Part shown: in pieces, positions 29,532 through 39,825 of the stretch
Layout: each line of letters opens with the position of its first letter
Numbering within the stretch: the first letter of the stretch is position 1
Sequence record: SRR20825006_2659
Length of the DNA: 47,861 bases
Direction: 5' to 3' (one strand)
Translations under genes and position numbers: made by a program
Notes under the pieces: model-generated
Told to the model about the DNA's origin: nothing
The model's input: only the letters and a program-made list of their open reading frames with translations
Database searches by the model: none

Positions 29532-30713
29532 GTGAAAAAGAATTTTTTATCCCCTCTAACTCTTGTTATTGCTGTACTTTTATTAGCGTGTAACTCTGGT
29601 CAAACTGTTGATAAAACAAATGAAATTGCAACTATTTTTAAAACTAAATACGCTCCTGATAAAAGAGTTGCGGTATTTAATGTTAAAGCTGAACAGAAAA
29701 ATGGTGCAATTACTTTAACTGGAGAGACGGATAAGGTTGAAGGAATGGAGTTGTTTGTTGACTCGCTTAAGAAAGCAGGGATTGCATTTGAAAACGAAAT
29801 TGAAACCCTACCGTCTGCTGAGTTAGGTGATAAGATTTACGCTGTTGCCAATAACTCTGTAGTTAATATGCGCTCTAATGCTCGTCATTCTGCCGAACTT
29901 GCAACTCAAGCACTTTTAGGAATGCCATTAAATGTATTGAAGAAGAGTGGTGGTTGGTATCTTGTGCAGTCGCCAGATGAATATATTTCTTGGATTGACC
30001 AAGGTGGAATCAAACTTATGAATAAAGAAGAATTAGATAGTTGGAAAAAAGCCGATAAAATTATCTATCTATCTAATTATGGCTTTAGCTATGAAAGCGC
30101 AAAATCTACCTCACCAAAAATTGGCGACTTGGTGATGGGTAATGTATTGCAACTTGTTGACACTCAAAGAAATTTCTATGAAGTAAAATATCCAGATGGA
30201 AGAATTGGGTTTGTATTACGTAGCGAAGCACAGCCATTTGAGCGTTGGAGAACTTCTCTGAAAGCAACACAAGAAAGTTTAGTTGCTACAGGTAAAGAGT
30301 TAATGGGAGTGCCTTACCTTTGGGGTGGAACTTCTACAAAAGGAGTAGATTGCAGTGGATTCACAAAAACTATTTACTTGATGAATGGTGATATTATCCC
30401 ACGTGACGCATCTCAACAAATTACTGCTGGCGAAAATGTAGATTTAACTAAGAACTTTGAAAATCTTGAGCCAGGTGATTTATTGTTTTTTGGTGTTCCA
30501 GCAACAGCCGACAAGCCGCAACGTGTAGTTCATGTTGGAATGTGGATTGGTAACAATGAGTACATTCATTCATCATCGCGTGTACAGATAAATAGTGTAG
30601 ATCCGAACGCTGAAAATTTCAGTGAGTATAATCTTAATCGATATCTTGAATCGCGTAGATATCTAACAAGTCGAACTGATAATATGCTGGAAGTTTCGCA
30701 GATGTTTGACTGA
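29532..30713 (+). CDS. NlpC/P60 (C40) peptidoglycan peptidase lipoprotein with SH3-like domains (YkfC-like)
   Basis: GTG start at 29532 gives MKKN..LLA-C lipobox; PYLWGGTSTKGVDCSG, PRDASQQ, PGDLLFF, HVGMWIG, IHSS. Confidence 0.9.
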   Translation: MKKNFLSPLTLVIAVLLLACNSGQTVDKTNEIATIFKTKYAPDKRVAVFNVKAEQKNGAITLTGETDKVEGMELFVDSLKKAGIAFENEIETLPSAELGDKIYAVANNSVVNMRSNARHSAELATQALLGMPLNVLKKSGGWYLVQSPDEYISWIDQGGIKLMNKEELDSWKKADKIIYLSNYGFSYESAKSTSPKIGDLVMGNVLQLVDTQRNFYEVKYPDGRIGFVLRSEAQPFERWRTSLKATQESLVATGKELMGVPYLWGGTSTKGVDCSGFTKTIYLMNGDIIPRDASQQITAGENVDLTKNFENLEPGDLLFFGVPATADKPQRVVHVGMWIGNNEYIHSSSRVQINSVDPNAENFSEYNLNRYLESRRYLTSRTDNMLEVSQMFD

Positions 30714-30883
30714 TAGATTGAGTTTTTTTTAGGATTGTGAGGATGGTGCCACTTTAAAATATTAGAATTAAAGTATAGAAGCGGTTCCATCTATTTTTTG
30801 GTGATTGGCGAGCAAAGGTTTTCTTTTGATAGTAAAAAAACACATTTTACACAACGAATTAGCCCTAACATAATTTACTCCTA

Positions 30884-32755
30884 ATGAGCATCAAAGATCA
30901 GATTAGAGAGGAGGTCACTATTCGCTTTGCAGGTGACTCCGGAGACGGTATGCAATTAACCGGCTCACTTTTTACCAACACAGCAGCTCTCCTTGGTAAC
31001 GATTTAAGAACCCTTCCAGAATTTCCTGCTGAAATCCGCGCTCCTGCAGGTACAGTGCCTGGTGTTTCTTCTTTCCAACTTAAGTTCGGTAGCCATGAAA
31101 TTTTAACACCAGGTGACGTGTGTGACGTTCTCGTAGTGATGAACTCTGCCGCGCTTAAAGCTAATCTAAGCCTTTTGAAACGGGGTGGTATAATCATTGC
31201 TAATACCGCTGGTTTCGATAAAAAGAATTTAAATCTAGCTAAATATCCAGAAGGAGTTAATCCGTTAGAAGATAATTCATTAGCGGATTACGAATTGATT
31301 GAAATTGATGTAAATAAGATGGTTAAAGAATCTGTTAAAGATTTAAACCTTTCTTACAAAGACGAGGACCGTACCAAAAATATGTACGTTCTGGGTTTAC
31401 TTTATTGGATGTATAACCGTCCAATGGATTCTACTGTTGATTTCTTAAATAAGAAATTTGGTAAAATTCCGGGGATTTCAGAAGCAAACATAAGAGTGTT
31501 GAAGGCGGGTTATTTCTACGGTGAAACCGCAGAGATTTTCAGTTCTAGAATTATAGTAAAACAGGCAGACTTGAAACCAGGTAGATATAGAAATATCACT
31601 GGTAATGAAGCTACTGTTTTGGGGCTTGTTGCTGCCGCCAGAAAAAGTAACTTGCCTATGTTTTTAGGTTCATATCCTATTACACCTGCTTCGGATGTTC
31701 TTCATGGATTATCGAAGTATAAGAAATACGGGATTACTACTTTTCAAGCAGAAGATGAGATTGCAGCCGTTTCTTCAGCAATCGGAGCATCTTTTGGTGG
31801 TAGTATTGGCGTAACAAGTTCGTCAGGCCCTGGTATCGCTTTGAAAGGAGAAGCTATTGGGCTTGCCGTAATGTTGGAGCTTCCTTTGGTTATTTTGAAT
31901 GTTCAAAGAGCTGGGCCGTCAACAGGAATGCCAACCAAAACGGAACAATCTGATTTGCTTCAGGCATTTTATGGAAGAAATGGAGAAAGTCCTCTTGTTA
32001 TTGTGGCTCCGTCATCGCCCGCTGATTGTTTTGAAATGGCATTTGAAGCGGTTAGAATTTCTCTAGAGCACATGATTCCTGTGATGTATCTATCGGATGG
32101 ATACATTGCTAATGGATCTGAGCCATGGAAATTTCCAACTAGTGCTGAGTTATCAGATATAAATATAGAGTTCCAAAAAGCTCGAAAAGATACGGATGCT
32201 GCTTTTTTGCCGTATGAACGTGACGATCGGTTTGTTCGACGTTGGGCTATTCCTGGTACTGAGGGAATTGAGCATCGTGTTGGTGGTCTAGAAAAAGAAG
32301 ACAAAACGGGAAACGTTTCATACGATCCTGATAATCACCAAAAGATGACTGACCTTAGAAAAGGGAAGCGCGATAAAGTTGCCTTTAACATTCCTGAACA
32401 GGAAATCGATCAAGGTACTGTTGGTGGAGACGTTCTTGTACTAGGATGGGGCGGAACGTATGGCACGCTTCGTACGGTGGTTCACCAACTTAGAAAAGAG
32501 GGAAGAGACGTATCTCATATTCATGTTCGTTATCTAAGTCCTTTTCCAAGAAATCTACACGAGCTTTTGAAAAGCTATAAACAAATTATCGTTCCTGAAA
32601 TTAACGACGGTCAACTTGTTCGCTTAGTTCGTTCTGAATTTATGCTGAATGCAGTTGGTATAAACCGAGTTTCAGGACGTCCTTTTAATGTTCACGAACT
32701 TAAAGACGATATCATCAAAGTTATTGAATCTGATCAAGTATCAGCTCACTCTTAA
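30884..32755 (+). CDS. korA: 2-oxoacid:acceptor oxidoreductase subunit alpha
   Basis: FAGDSGDGMQLTG, PAEIRAPAGT, YPITPAS, QAEDEIAA, QRAGPSTGMPTKTEQSD. Confidence 0.93.
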   Translation: MSIKDQIREEVTIRFAGDSGDGMQLTGSLFTNTAALLGNDLRTLPEFPAEIRAPAGTVPGVSSFQLKFGSHEILTPGDVCDVLVVMNSAALKANLSLLKRGGIIIANTAGFDKKNLNLAKYPEGVNPLEDNSLADYELIEIDVNKMVKESVKDLNLSYKDEDRTKNMYVLGLLYWMYNRPMDSTVDFLNKKFGKIPGISEANIRVLKAGYFYGETAEIFSSRIIVKQADLKPGRYRNITGNEATVLGLVAAARKSNLPMFLGSYPITPASDVLHGLSKYKKYGITTFQAEDEIAAVSSAIGASFGGSIGVTSSSGPGIALKGEAIGLAVMLELPLVILNVQRAGPSTGMPTKTEQSDLLQAFYGRNGESPLVIVAPSSPADCFEMAFEAVRISLEHMIPVMYLSDGYIANGSEPWKFPTSAELSDINIEFQKARKDTDAAFLPYERDDRFVRRWAIPGTEGIEHRVGGLEKEDKTGNVSYDPDNHQKMTDLRKGKRDKVAFNIPEQEIDQGTVGGDVLVLGWGGTYGTLRTVVHQLRKEGRDVSHIHVRYLSPFPRNLHELLKSYKQIIVPEINDGQLVRLVRSEFMLNAVGINRVSGRPFNVHELKDDIIKVIESDQVSAHS

Positions 32756-32767
32756 ATTGCTACCACT

Positions 32768-33847
32768 ATGTCTATTGAAACTCTAATTGACGAATTTGTA
32801 TCAAATAACGAAGCTGACTTGAATATTCTACCTTCGTATTCCTCCAAAGATTTTGCTTCTGACCAAGATGTACGTTGGTGTCCAGGTTGTGGAGATTATA
32901 CGATTTTGAAGCAGGTTCAAAATGCGATGCCAGAACTAGGTCTTGCCAAGAAAGATATTGTATTTATATCAGGTATTGGCTGTTCATCACGTTTTCCATA
33001 TTACATGGATACGTTTGGAATGCACTCCATCCATGGCCGTGCACCTGCAATTGCTTCTGGCTTGAAAGTATCTCGCCCAGATTTAACGGTTTGGATTATA
33101 ACTGGAGATGGAGATTCACTATCTATCGGTGCTAACCATTTTGTGCAGTTATTACGCCGTAATATGAATGTGAATATGCTATTGTTTAACAACCAGATTT
33201 ATGGGTTAACAAAAGGCCAATATTCACCAACAACACCAGAAGGTTCCGTATTTAAATCTACACCTTATGGTTCGATTGATCACCCGTTCAACCCATTAGC
33301 GTTAAGTTTAGGCGCTGATGGAACTTTTGTAGCTCGTGCGATGGATAGAGATCCAAAGCATCTCAAGGAAATGATTTTGAGAAGCCATAAACACCAAGGG
33401 ACATCAATGCTGGAGATTTATCAAAATTGTATTGTATTCAACGACGGTGCTTTCGAGTTGTTCACGGATAAGAAAACTCGTCCAACAGAAGCAATTTATT
33501 TAGAACATGGGCAACCATTAGTTTTTGGTAAAGACGGCGAAAAGGGTGTTCGCTTAAATGGCTTAATGCCTGAAGTCGTTGAACTTGGCAAACATTTTAC
33601 GAAAGATGATTTATGGGTTCATGACGAGCAAGATGCTACAAAAGCACATTTACTATCTCGTTTCTTTGAGCATCCAAGAAATGGAGATGGAGTTGCTTTC
33701 CCACGCCCTTTTGGTGTGCTTTATGCTATTGATCGTCCTTGTTATGATGTGGAGGCAAATGCTCAAATTCAGCATGTAAAAGATAATCAGAGTCCTGCAA
33801 ATCTAGATGAGTTGCTAGAAGGACCTGAAACTTGGGTGATTAAATAA
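32768..33847 (+). CDS. korB: 2-oxoacid:ferredoxin oxidoreductase subunit beta
   Basis: WCPGCGD, SGIGCSSR, HSIHGRA, TPP motif GDGD..NNQIYGLTKGQYSPT. Confidence 0.93.
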   Translation: MSIETLIDEFVSNNEADLNILPSYSSKDFASDQDVRWCPGCGDYTILKQVQNAMPELGLAKKDIVFISGIGCSSRFPYYMDTFGMHSIHGRAPAIASGLKVSRPDLTVWIITGDGDSLSIGANHFVQLLRRNMNVNMLLFNNQIYGLTKGQYSPTTPEGSVFKSTPYGSIDHPFNPLALSLGADGTFVARAMDRDPKHLKEMILRSHKHQGTSMLEIYQNCIVFNDGAFELFTDKKTRPTEAIYLEHGQPLVFGKDGEKGVRLNGLMPEVVELGKHFTKDDLWVHDEQDATKAHLLSRFFEHPRNGDGVAFPRPFGVLYAIDRPCYDVEANAQIQHVKDNQSPANLDELLEGPETWVIK

Positions 33848-33864
33848 TTACCACCTAAAAAAAA

Positions 33865-34764
33865 TTAGTTCATTGGGAGTTTCCAGAAGTCAACTCTGTT
33901 TAGGTTGATGTATGGAACCCCAAGAACGTGTCTTCTGGTATCTATACCAATATCAGCAGGACTACCAACTGTTTTAATTATTAGCGATTCATTAGTCCCA
34001 TCATAAGCGTAAATTGCAGAATCAAGCTGGCTTGTAACCAGTAAGGTATTCCCTACATATTCTGCACCATCAAAAAAACCACCGCTTAATTCGGTGTATA
34101 GTTTATGAGTGCTATTCTTGGAATTAAAACTATAGAACGCTCTTTTTCCGCGCCAAGGCAAAAGTAGGAATTCGTCATTTACAGAATTATACGTAATGCC
34201 ATTTGGATAGGTAGCAAGTGAGTCTAAATAGACCGAAGGAATGTAATCTTCAATTTTATATACCTTTGCTGTTCCTGTATCTGTCACAAAAAGAGTTGAG
34301 CTTCCATCGGAAGAAATATCATTTAAAAAACCTGGATTGAATGAAGTGAAATCTATGAATTGAAGCCACTCTCCATTAATTATGTTAAACACATGTACGC
34401 CGTCTATATCTGCAACAAATAGCTCTTTATCTACAATAAACATTCCTCTTGGTGCGTGAAGGGGATGGTCTTTAGTTCCCACCATATACTTCAAATCTAT
34501 TATTTTCCCTCGCTGCGATACCTTACTTATAAACCCATTCGCATCTCTTACATTTCCACCTCCGTTAAAATTAGAGATAAAGAAAACATCCAATATTTTA
34601 TCGTATCGTACAGCTTCTGGACCTTTTAAACCTTCTGTAACGCTAAAGTCAATATGGGTAGAATCTTGAAACTGAGTTGTATCCAGCTTAAAACTTTCGG
34701 GTAAATTTTTCTGACAGCTTAATAACATAATACTAAGCAATAGTAGAGAACTTGTTTTAACCAT
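33865..34764 (-). CDS. SMP-30/gluconolactonase-like beta-propeller lipoprotein
   Basis: ATG at 34764 with lipobox LLS-C; GPEAV, GFISKV, APRGM, LFVADID, FLNDI, PNGI, DG, PADIG blades. Confidence 0.78.
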   Translation of the reverse strand: MVKTSSLLLLSIMLLSCQKNLPESFKLDTTQFQDSTHIDFSVTEGLKGPEAVRYDKILDVFFISNFNGGGNVRDANGFISKVSQRGKIIDLKYMVGTKDHPLHAPRGMFIVDKELFVADIDGVHVFNIINGEWLQFIDFTSFNPGFLNDISSDGSSTLFVTDTGTAKVYKIEDYIPSVYLDSLATYPNGITYNSVNDEFLLLPWRGKRAFYSFNSKNSTHKLYTELSGGFFDGAEYVGNTLLVTSQLDSAIYAYDGTNESLIIKTVGSPADIGIDTRRHVLGVPYINLNRVDFWKLPMN

Positions 34765-34828
34765 GGAGCGAAAATTATTATAGATTAAATTCAATTCATA
34801 TATAAACAGAATTAGGATATAAATAAAC

Positions 34829-36049
34829 CTAATTTAAAAAGCTTTTTACTAGTAATTTCACAGAAATAGTAGTTCCAATTCCTTCTGTTGAAGATATTTG
34901 AATTTTACCATCTAAGGATTTAATCAGATGGTCAGCAAGCTGGAATCCAAACCCAAAGCCGCGTTCGTGAATCGTACCTTCAGTGCTTCTATTTTTATCA
35001 GAGTTTAGCATAGTTTCAATTTGGTTCTCTTTCATTCCAATTCCATTATCAACTACCGTAATGCCTAAATTTTTAAATTGTCCTTCACCTTGAAGGCTAA
35101 TTCTTACAGTAACTTCGCCATGTTCATGAGTAAACTTAAGAGCATTTGAAATAAGGTTTCCCGTAATCTGAAGAAGTTTCGCTTTTGGAAAAAGAACATT
35201 TCTATTTTCTATATCTGTGCGAATAGTAAGTGAAATACCTTTTGTTAAGGCTTGAGGAGAGTATAAATCGGTTAATTTATGTTGAAACTCAGAAATGGTG
35301 ATTCTATCGTCACTTTGATCTTTCAGATGAGAACTGTCTTTTTTATCGGTAAGTATTTCATCTGCTAGATCTATTATTGATCTTCCACTTTTGCTAACGA
35401 GGTCAATCAATTCAGTAATTTTATCAGACTTTATCTCGATAGACTCAACTTTAATCATATCAGATAAACCAATGATTCCGCTAATAGGTCCGCGAATATC
35501 ATGGCTAACTTTCCATACTCGTTCTGTAGCTTCACCCAAGCTGAGACGTAGTTCTCGTGTTGTTTTCTTTTGTTCAAGCACAGAAATAATCTCATTAGAT
35601 ATAGTCTGTAGCATTTCTATTTGGCTTTGAGAAAAAGTGTGGCCTTTTTGATCTAAAACACATAGCGAGCCAATATTAAATCCGTCGGAAGTTTGTAATG
35701 GAACTCCAAAATAGTATCTAACTTTTGGAGTATCTACTACATATTTTTTATCCTTAAATCGTGGATCGGTGGCCAAATCAGGCACTTCAAAGAAATCAAC
35801 CTCATGTATGGTATATTGGCAAACAGATTGATCTCTGGCAATTTGTTTGTCTTCCAGCCCAAAATGTGAAATAGTCCATTGGTTGTTTGGGCCAATTAAA
35901 TTTATCTGTGAAATAGGTGTACCAGCTATATGTGCTGCTAACTTTGTAAGATTGTCTAAGTTTTCTTGATTCTGAGAATAATCGAAATCATACTCGGCTA
36001 AACGAAGAATTCTTTCAAGCTCATTACTTTTAATTGGAGCGTTATTCAT
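34829..36049 (-). CDS. GAF-domain sensor histidine kinase (cytoplasmic)
   Basis: GAF (SVCQYTI, DPRF, GVPL..GSLCVLD); H box SHDIRGP; N box NLISNALKFT; DNGIGM; GFGFG. Confidence 0.92.
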   Translation of the reverse strand: MNNAPIKSNELERILRLAEYDFDYSQNQENLDNLTKLAAHIAGTPISQINLIGPNNQWTISHFGLEDKQIARDQSVCQYTIHEVDFFEVPDLATDPRFKDKKYVVDTPKVRYYFGVPLQTSDGFNIGSLCVLDQKGHTFSQSQIEMLQTISNEIISVLEQKKTTRELRLSLGEATERVWKVSHDIRGPISGIIGLSDMIKVESIEIKSDKITELIDLVSKSGRSIIDLADEILTDKKDSSHLKDQSDDRITISEFQHKLTDLYSPQALTKGISLTIRTDIENRNVLFPKAKLLQITGNLISNALKFTHEHGEVTVRISLQGEGQFKNLGITVVDNGIGMKENQIETMLNSDKNRSTEGTIHERGFGFGFQLADHLIKSLDGKIQISSTEGIGTTISVKLLVKSFLN

Positions 36050-36148
36050 TGATGTTCGAATTTATTCTAGAGAGAGATTATACACGTATTATTTTTGATT
36101 GGACGTTCCATTGAAATAGGTAGAGCATTCTATATACTTATTAAAAAA

Positions 36149-37141
36149 CTAGGCTAGCTCTGGTAAGTGCTCGGGTTTTGCATTTTTGTACGAGGGGCGA
36201 GGCTTTAGGCCAAATAATTCAAACATATGCATGTCTTGGTCCAACTCATTATTGTTGGTGGTTAAAAGCTTTTCTCCCGTAAAAATTGAATTAGCACCTG
36301 CCATAAAACAAAGTGCTTGTTCTTCAAAACTCATTCGAACACGTCCCGCTGAAAGACGAACCATAGAAGCTGGCATTAAGATTCTAGCGGTGGCAATCAT
36401 TCGTGCCATGTCCCAACTAGGTACTTTAGGTTGATTTTCCATCGGTGTTCCTTCTACAGCAATAAGCGCGTTTACAGGAACAGATTCTGGGTGCTGATCT
36501 AGGTTGGATAATGTGAATAGTAAACCAATTCTATCGTCATGAGTTTCTCCCATTCCAATAATACCGCCAGAACAAACAGAGATGTTATTATCCTGAACTT
36601 TCTTAATGGTATCTAAACGATCATCATAAGTTCTTGTAGTGATAATTTTTTTATAGAAATCCTCACTTGAATCAAGATTGTGGTTATAAGCATATAGTCC
36701 AGCTTTTTTGAGCTTTGAAGCTTGGTCGTCGGTAAGCATTCCTAAGGTTGCACAAACTTCCAAGCCCATGGAAGCAACATCTGAAACAACTTCTAACACT
36801 TGATCAAAATCTTTATTCTCCCGAGCGCTTCTCCAAGCGGCACCCATACAAAAACGAGTGCTTCCTGCGTCTTTTGCACGTTGTGCTGAGGCTAATATTA
36901 GCTCCTTAGGCATCAACTTCTCAGCTTTTACCTCAGTATTATAACGAGCTGATTGTGGGCAATAAGCGCAATCCTCAGAGCAACCACCAGTTTTAATCGA
37001 TAAGAGTGTACACACTTGAACTTCACCAGTCTCGTGATATTCCCGATGAACGGTAGCCGCTTTATAAATAAGCTCCATCAAAGGGGTGTTATATAGTTCA
37101 GTAATTTCTTCCTGTGTCCAGTTATTGCGAATCATCGTCAT
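36149..37141 (-). CDS. bioB: Biotin synthase
   Basis: SIKTGGCSEDCAYCPQS, RFCMGAAWR, YNHNLD, CSGGIIGMGE, HPESVPVN, VRLSAGR. Confidence 0.97.
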   Translation of the reverse strand: MTMIRNNWTQEEITELYNTPLMELIYKAATVHREYHETGEVQVCTLLSIKTGGCSEDCAYCPQSARYNTEVKAEKLMPKELILASAQRAKDAGSTRFCMGAAWRSARENKDFDQVLEVVSDVASMGLEVCATLGMLTDDQASKLKKAGLYAYNHNLDSSEDFYKKIITTRTYDDRLDTIKKVQDNNISVCSGGIIGMGETHDDRIGLLFTLSNLDQHPESVPVNALIAVEGTPMENQPKVPSWDMARMIATARILMPASMVRLSAGRVRMSFEEQALCFMAGANSIFTGEKLLTTNNNELDQDMHMFELFGLKPRPSYKNAKPEHLPELA

Positions 37142-37255
37142 AGAATACCCTGTGTTTCAAAAAAAGTTTTAAGAAAGTAAGAGGCTTTTACTGTAAATAC
37201 TATTCTAGAGTAAAAATTCTTACTAACTCTGGTAAGATAATTTTTATATTTAACA

Positions 37256-39115
37256 ATGCACACACCGAGAAAATGGAGACGCTCATTTCTATACTACTTA
37301 GCTCAGACCAGGAGCAAGGTTAAATCTCTGAGAAACTCTTTTAAAGATGTTGAGGTTGAGCTTTACGACCTCAATAAGAAAGCGGCACCTTACTCTCGTT
37401 TTTTAAATATAGTGCTTGCATCGCTTACTATTATAAGCTTAGTAATGTCCGATATTTTGTTATTAGACTCTCATTATGGGCTCATCAATAGTTATTTTGA
37501 GTTTGCCATTGTTATAGGTTTCGTATTCAATTATCTGTTTCGATTAATTCTTACATCGAAACGAATGGAGTTAATAAAAAGCAAAATACTTGAAACCATT
37601 CTCTTTGGTTTTTTGATGATTTCAGGCTTTTTGATGTTCCTTGACTACGAAAATATTCTTAAGATTCTGCTTGAGTTAACCGGTATCGAAAGTGCGTTTG
37701 CTCTGCTTGCAATCCTAACAAAAATATACCTACTCGTTTACCTTATTGTAAAGGTAGTTCAGGCGCTTCCAATCCTGTTGGCGCTAAAGCAACATCCAGC
37801 CCAAGTAATTGTATCGTCATACTTCTCATTTATTCTTTTGGGAATGATTTTGTTAATGCTCCCACGCTCAACCGTAGATAATGCAGGATTAGACTTTATC
37901 GATGCACTGTTTACCTCAACAAGTGCGGTATGTGTAACGGGGCTAGTAGTTGTTGATACGGCTACTCAACTCACCACTTTTGGGCAAGTAGTGGTTCTAA
38001 TGCTCATTGAAATTGGAGGTTTGGGAATCTTAACCTTTGCAACCTTATTTGCTCTGTTCTTAAGTTCTGGCTTGGGCGTTGGACAAATGACTTTCTTAAA
38101 AGGTGTTATAAGTGAAGACAGCGCAGGAGAAACGCTCAATACTATAAAGAAGATTTTAGGGATCTCCATTTTTATACAGATTCTAGGTGCAATTGGCTAT
38201 TATATAAGCTGGACGGAAGTTTTTTCTGATTCAGGCTTTAGGCTTTATAATGCAGTTTTTCACTCTGTTTCAGCCTTTTGCAATGCGGGGTTTTCAATAA
38301 TAAGTAATAGTTTGGCTGACCCTGAAAATGCACTTAATTGGGGTGTAAATATTACCACCATTCTTTTAGTTGTGATAGGAGGGTTAGGCTTCACAACTAT
38401 ATGGGAATTAGTTAAGGGAAATAGAAATCGAAGTATTAAACAGTGGAATTTATCCATTCATACTCGGTTAGTACTTATTTCAACGGCAGTGCTAATTGTT
38501 GGAGGAACGGTAGCGTTTCTATCTCTAGAATGGAATGGCATCTTAAAAGACTATGCCACATCCGATAAATTTCTCGTATCGTTATTCCAAAGTGTAATTA
38601 CTAGAACAGCAGGCTTTAACTCTGTGGATATTGGTGCGCTCAATATGAGCACTACCGTAATTTTCCTAGCCTTAATGATAATAGGTGCTTCTCCAGCCTC
38701 AACCGCGGGAGGGATTAAAACAACAACAATTTCTGTTATTATACTTGCTGCTTGGGCTGTGATAACGGGTAAGAATAAAGTAGAGTTTTCGCGCAGAACG
38801 ATAATGCCGCAAACTATATTCACTGCGTTAACAGCGTTTACTCTCGCAGCAATTTGTTTGTTTGTATTTACATTCGCACTTACTATTACAGAAGATTTAC
38901 CATTTTTAGATTTAATTTTTGAAGAGTTCTCTGCATTTGCTACTGTTGGACTTTCCCGTGGAATAACACCGCTTTTAAGCGATGGCGGAAAATATATCAT
39001 TATTATATCCATGTTTATAGGAAGGGTGGGAAGTGTTACCTTGGCGTTAGCTTTTGCAAACCGAAAACGAATTTCCAATTACAATTATCCCACAGAAGCG
39101 GTGATTGTAGCTTAA
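37256..39115 (+). CDS. ktrB: Ktr/Trk potassium uptake membrane subunit (KtrB/TrkH) with N-terminal membrane extension
   Basis: Four pore loops SAVCVTGL, SAFCNAGF, TRTAGF, SAFATVGLS; STAGGIKT; MFIGRVG. Confidence 0.9.
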   Translation: MHTPRKWRRSFLYYLAQTRSKVKSLRNSFKDVEVELYDLNKKAAPYSRFLNIVLASLTIISLVMSDILLLDSHYGLINSYFEFAIVIGFVFNYLFRLILTSKRMELIKSKILETILFGFLMISGFLMFLDYENILKILLELTGIESAFALLAILTKIYLLVYLIVKVVQALPILLALKQHPAQVIVSSYFSFILLGMILLMLPRSTVDNAGLDFIDALFTSTSAVCVTGLVVVDTATQLTTFGQVVVLMLIEIGGLGILTFATLFALFLSSGLGVGQMTFLKGVISEDSAGETLNTIKKILGISIFIQILGAIGYYISWTEVFSDSGFRLYNAVFHSVSAFCNAGFSIISNSLADPENALNWGVNITTILLVVIGGLGFTTIWELVKGNRNRSIKQWNLSIHTRLVLISTAVLIVGGTVAFLSLEWNGILKDYATSDKFLVSLFQSVITRTAGFNSVDIGALNMSTTVIFLALMIIGASPASTAGGIKTTTISVIILAAWAVITGKNKVEFSRRTIMPQTIFTALTAFTLAAICLFVFTFALTITEDLPFLDLIFEEFSAFATVGLSRGITPLLSDGGKYIIIISMFIGRVGSVTLALAFANRKRISNYNYPTEAVIVA

Positions 39116-39129
39116 TTAGTGAGGTATAG

Positions 39130-39825
39130 GTGAAAAAGAATCAATTTGTAGTAATAGGGCTTGGTGAATACGGATTCTCCTTGGCAAAGTCGTTGGCAGA
39201 AAATGGTGCTTATGTATTAGCTGTAGATCATGATTTAGCCCGAATTGAAGAAATAAAGAATTACGTTGATCAAGCCATTCAATTTGATGCCACAAATCCA
39301 AAATTACTAAAAGAACATGGCATTTTTAGTGCAGATATTGTTATCGTTGCAATAGGTGATTCTTTTGAGCCAGTGGTTCTTATTTCTATGGAATTGTTGA
39401 AAGCAGAAGTGGGAAGGATAATTGCTCGAGCATCTAGTAATACAGAGCAAATGATTCTCAATAAAATTGGAGTCAAAGAAGTAATTCATCCAGAAAAAGA
39501 TGAAGGTGTTAGGATGGCTACAAGTTTAATGAGTTCTTCTATCACTGATTATTTTAAACTGAGCGATGAAGTTGGTATTTTCGAAATAGAAGCACCAAAA
39601 GATATGATTGGCTATAGTTTGTTGGACTTAAAAATCCGCCAAAGGTACAATTTGAACTTACTTACAATTAAACGGCCAAAGATTAAAGAGAGTGATACAG
39701 AAGAAGAAGTAAAACTCTACGATGTTCTAGGAGTTATTGAACCTAGCTTTAAAATTAAAGAAGGTGATAAATTACTTCTGATGGGAGCTCAAGAAGCAAT
39801 AGACAAACTAATAAACACAAATTAA
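39130..39825 (+). CDS. ktrA: Ktr/Trk potassium uptake regulatory subunit (KtrA/TrkA, RCK N+C)
   Basis: VVIGLGEYG Rossmann motif, VAIGD, IIARA, VIHPE, C-terminal TrkA-C; GTG start. Confidence 0.9.
   Translation: MKKNQFVVIGLGEYGFSLAKSLAENGAYVLAVDHDLARIEEIKNYVDQAIQFDATNPKLLKEHGIFSADIVIVAIGDSFEPVVLISMELLKAEVGRIIARASSNTEQMILNKIGVKEVIHPEKDEGVRMATSLMSSSITDYFKLSDEVGIFEIEAPKDMIGYSLLDLKIRQRYNLNLLTIKRPKIKESDTEEEVKLYDVLGVIEPSFKIKEGDKLLLMGAQEAIDKLINTN

Noticed and set aside
38551-39078. 175-aa antisense ORF, and similar shadow ORFs such as 26138-26548, 46470-46847, 31969-32304, 14436-14696 and 14726-14971
   Set aside because: They overlap well-supported genes on the opposite strand or in another frame and show no motifs
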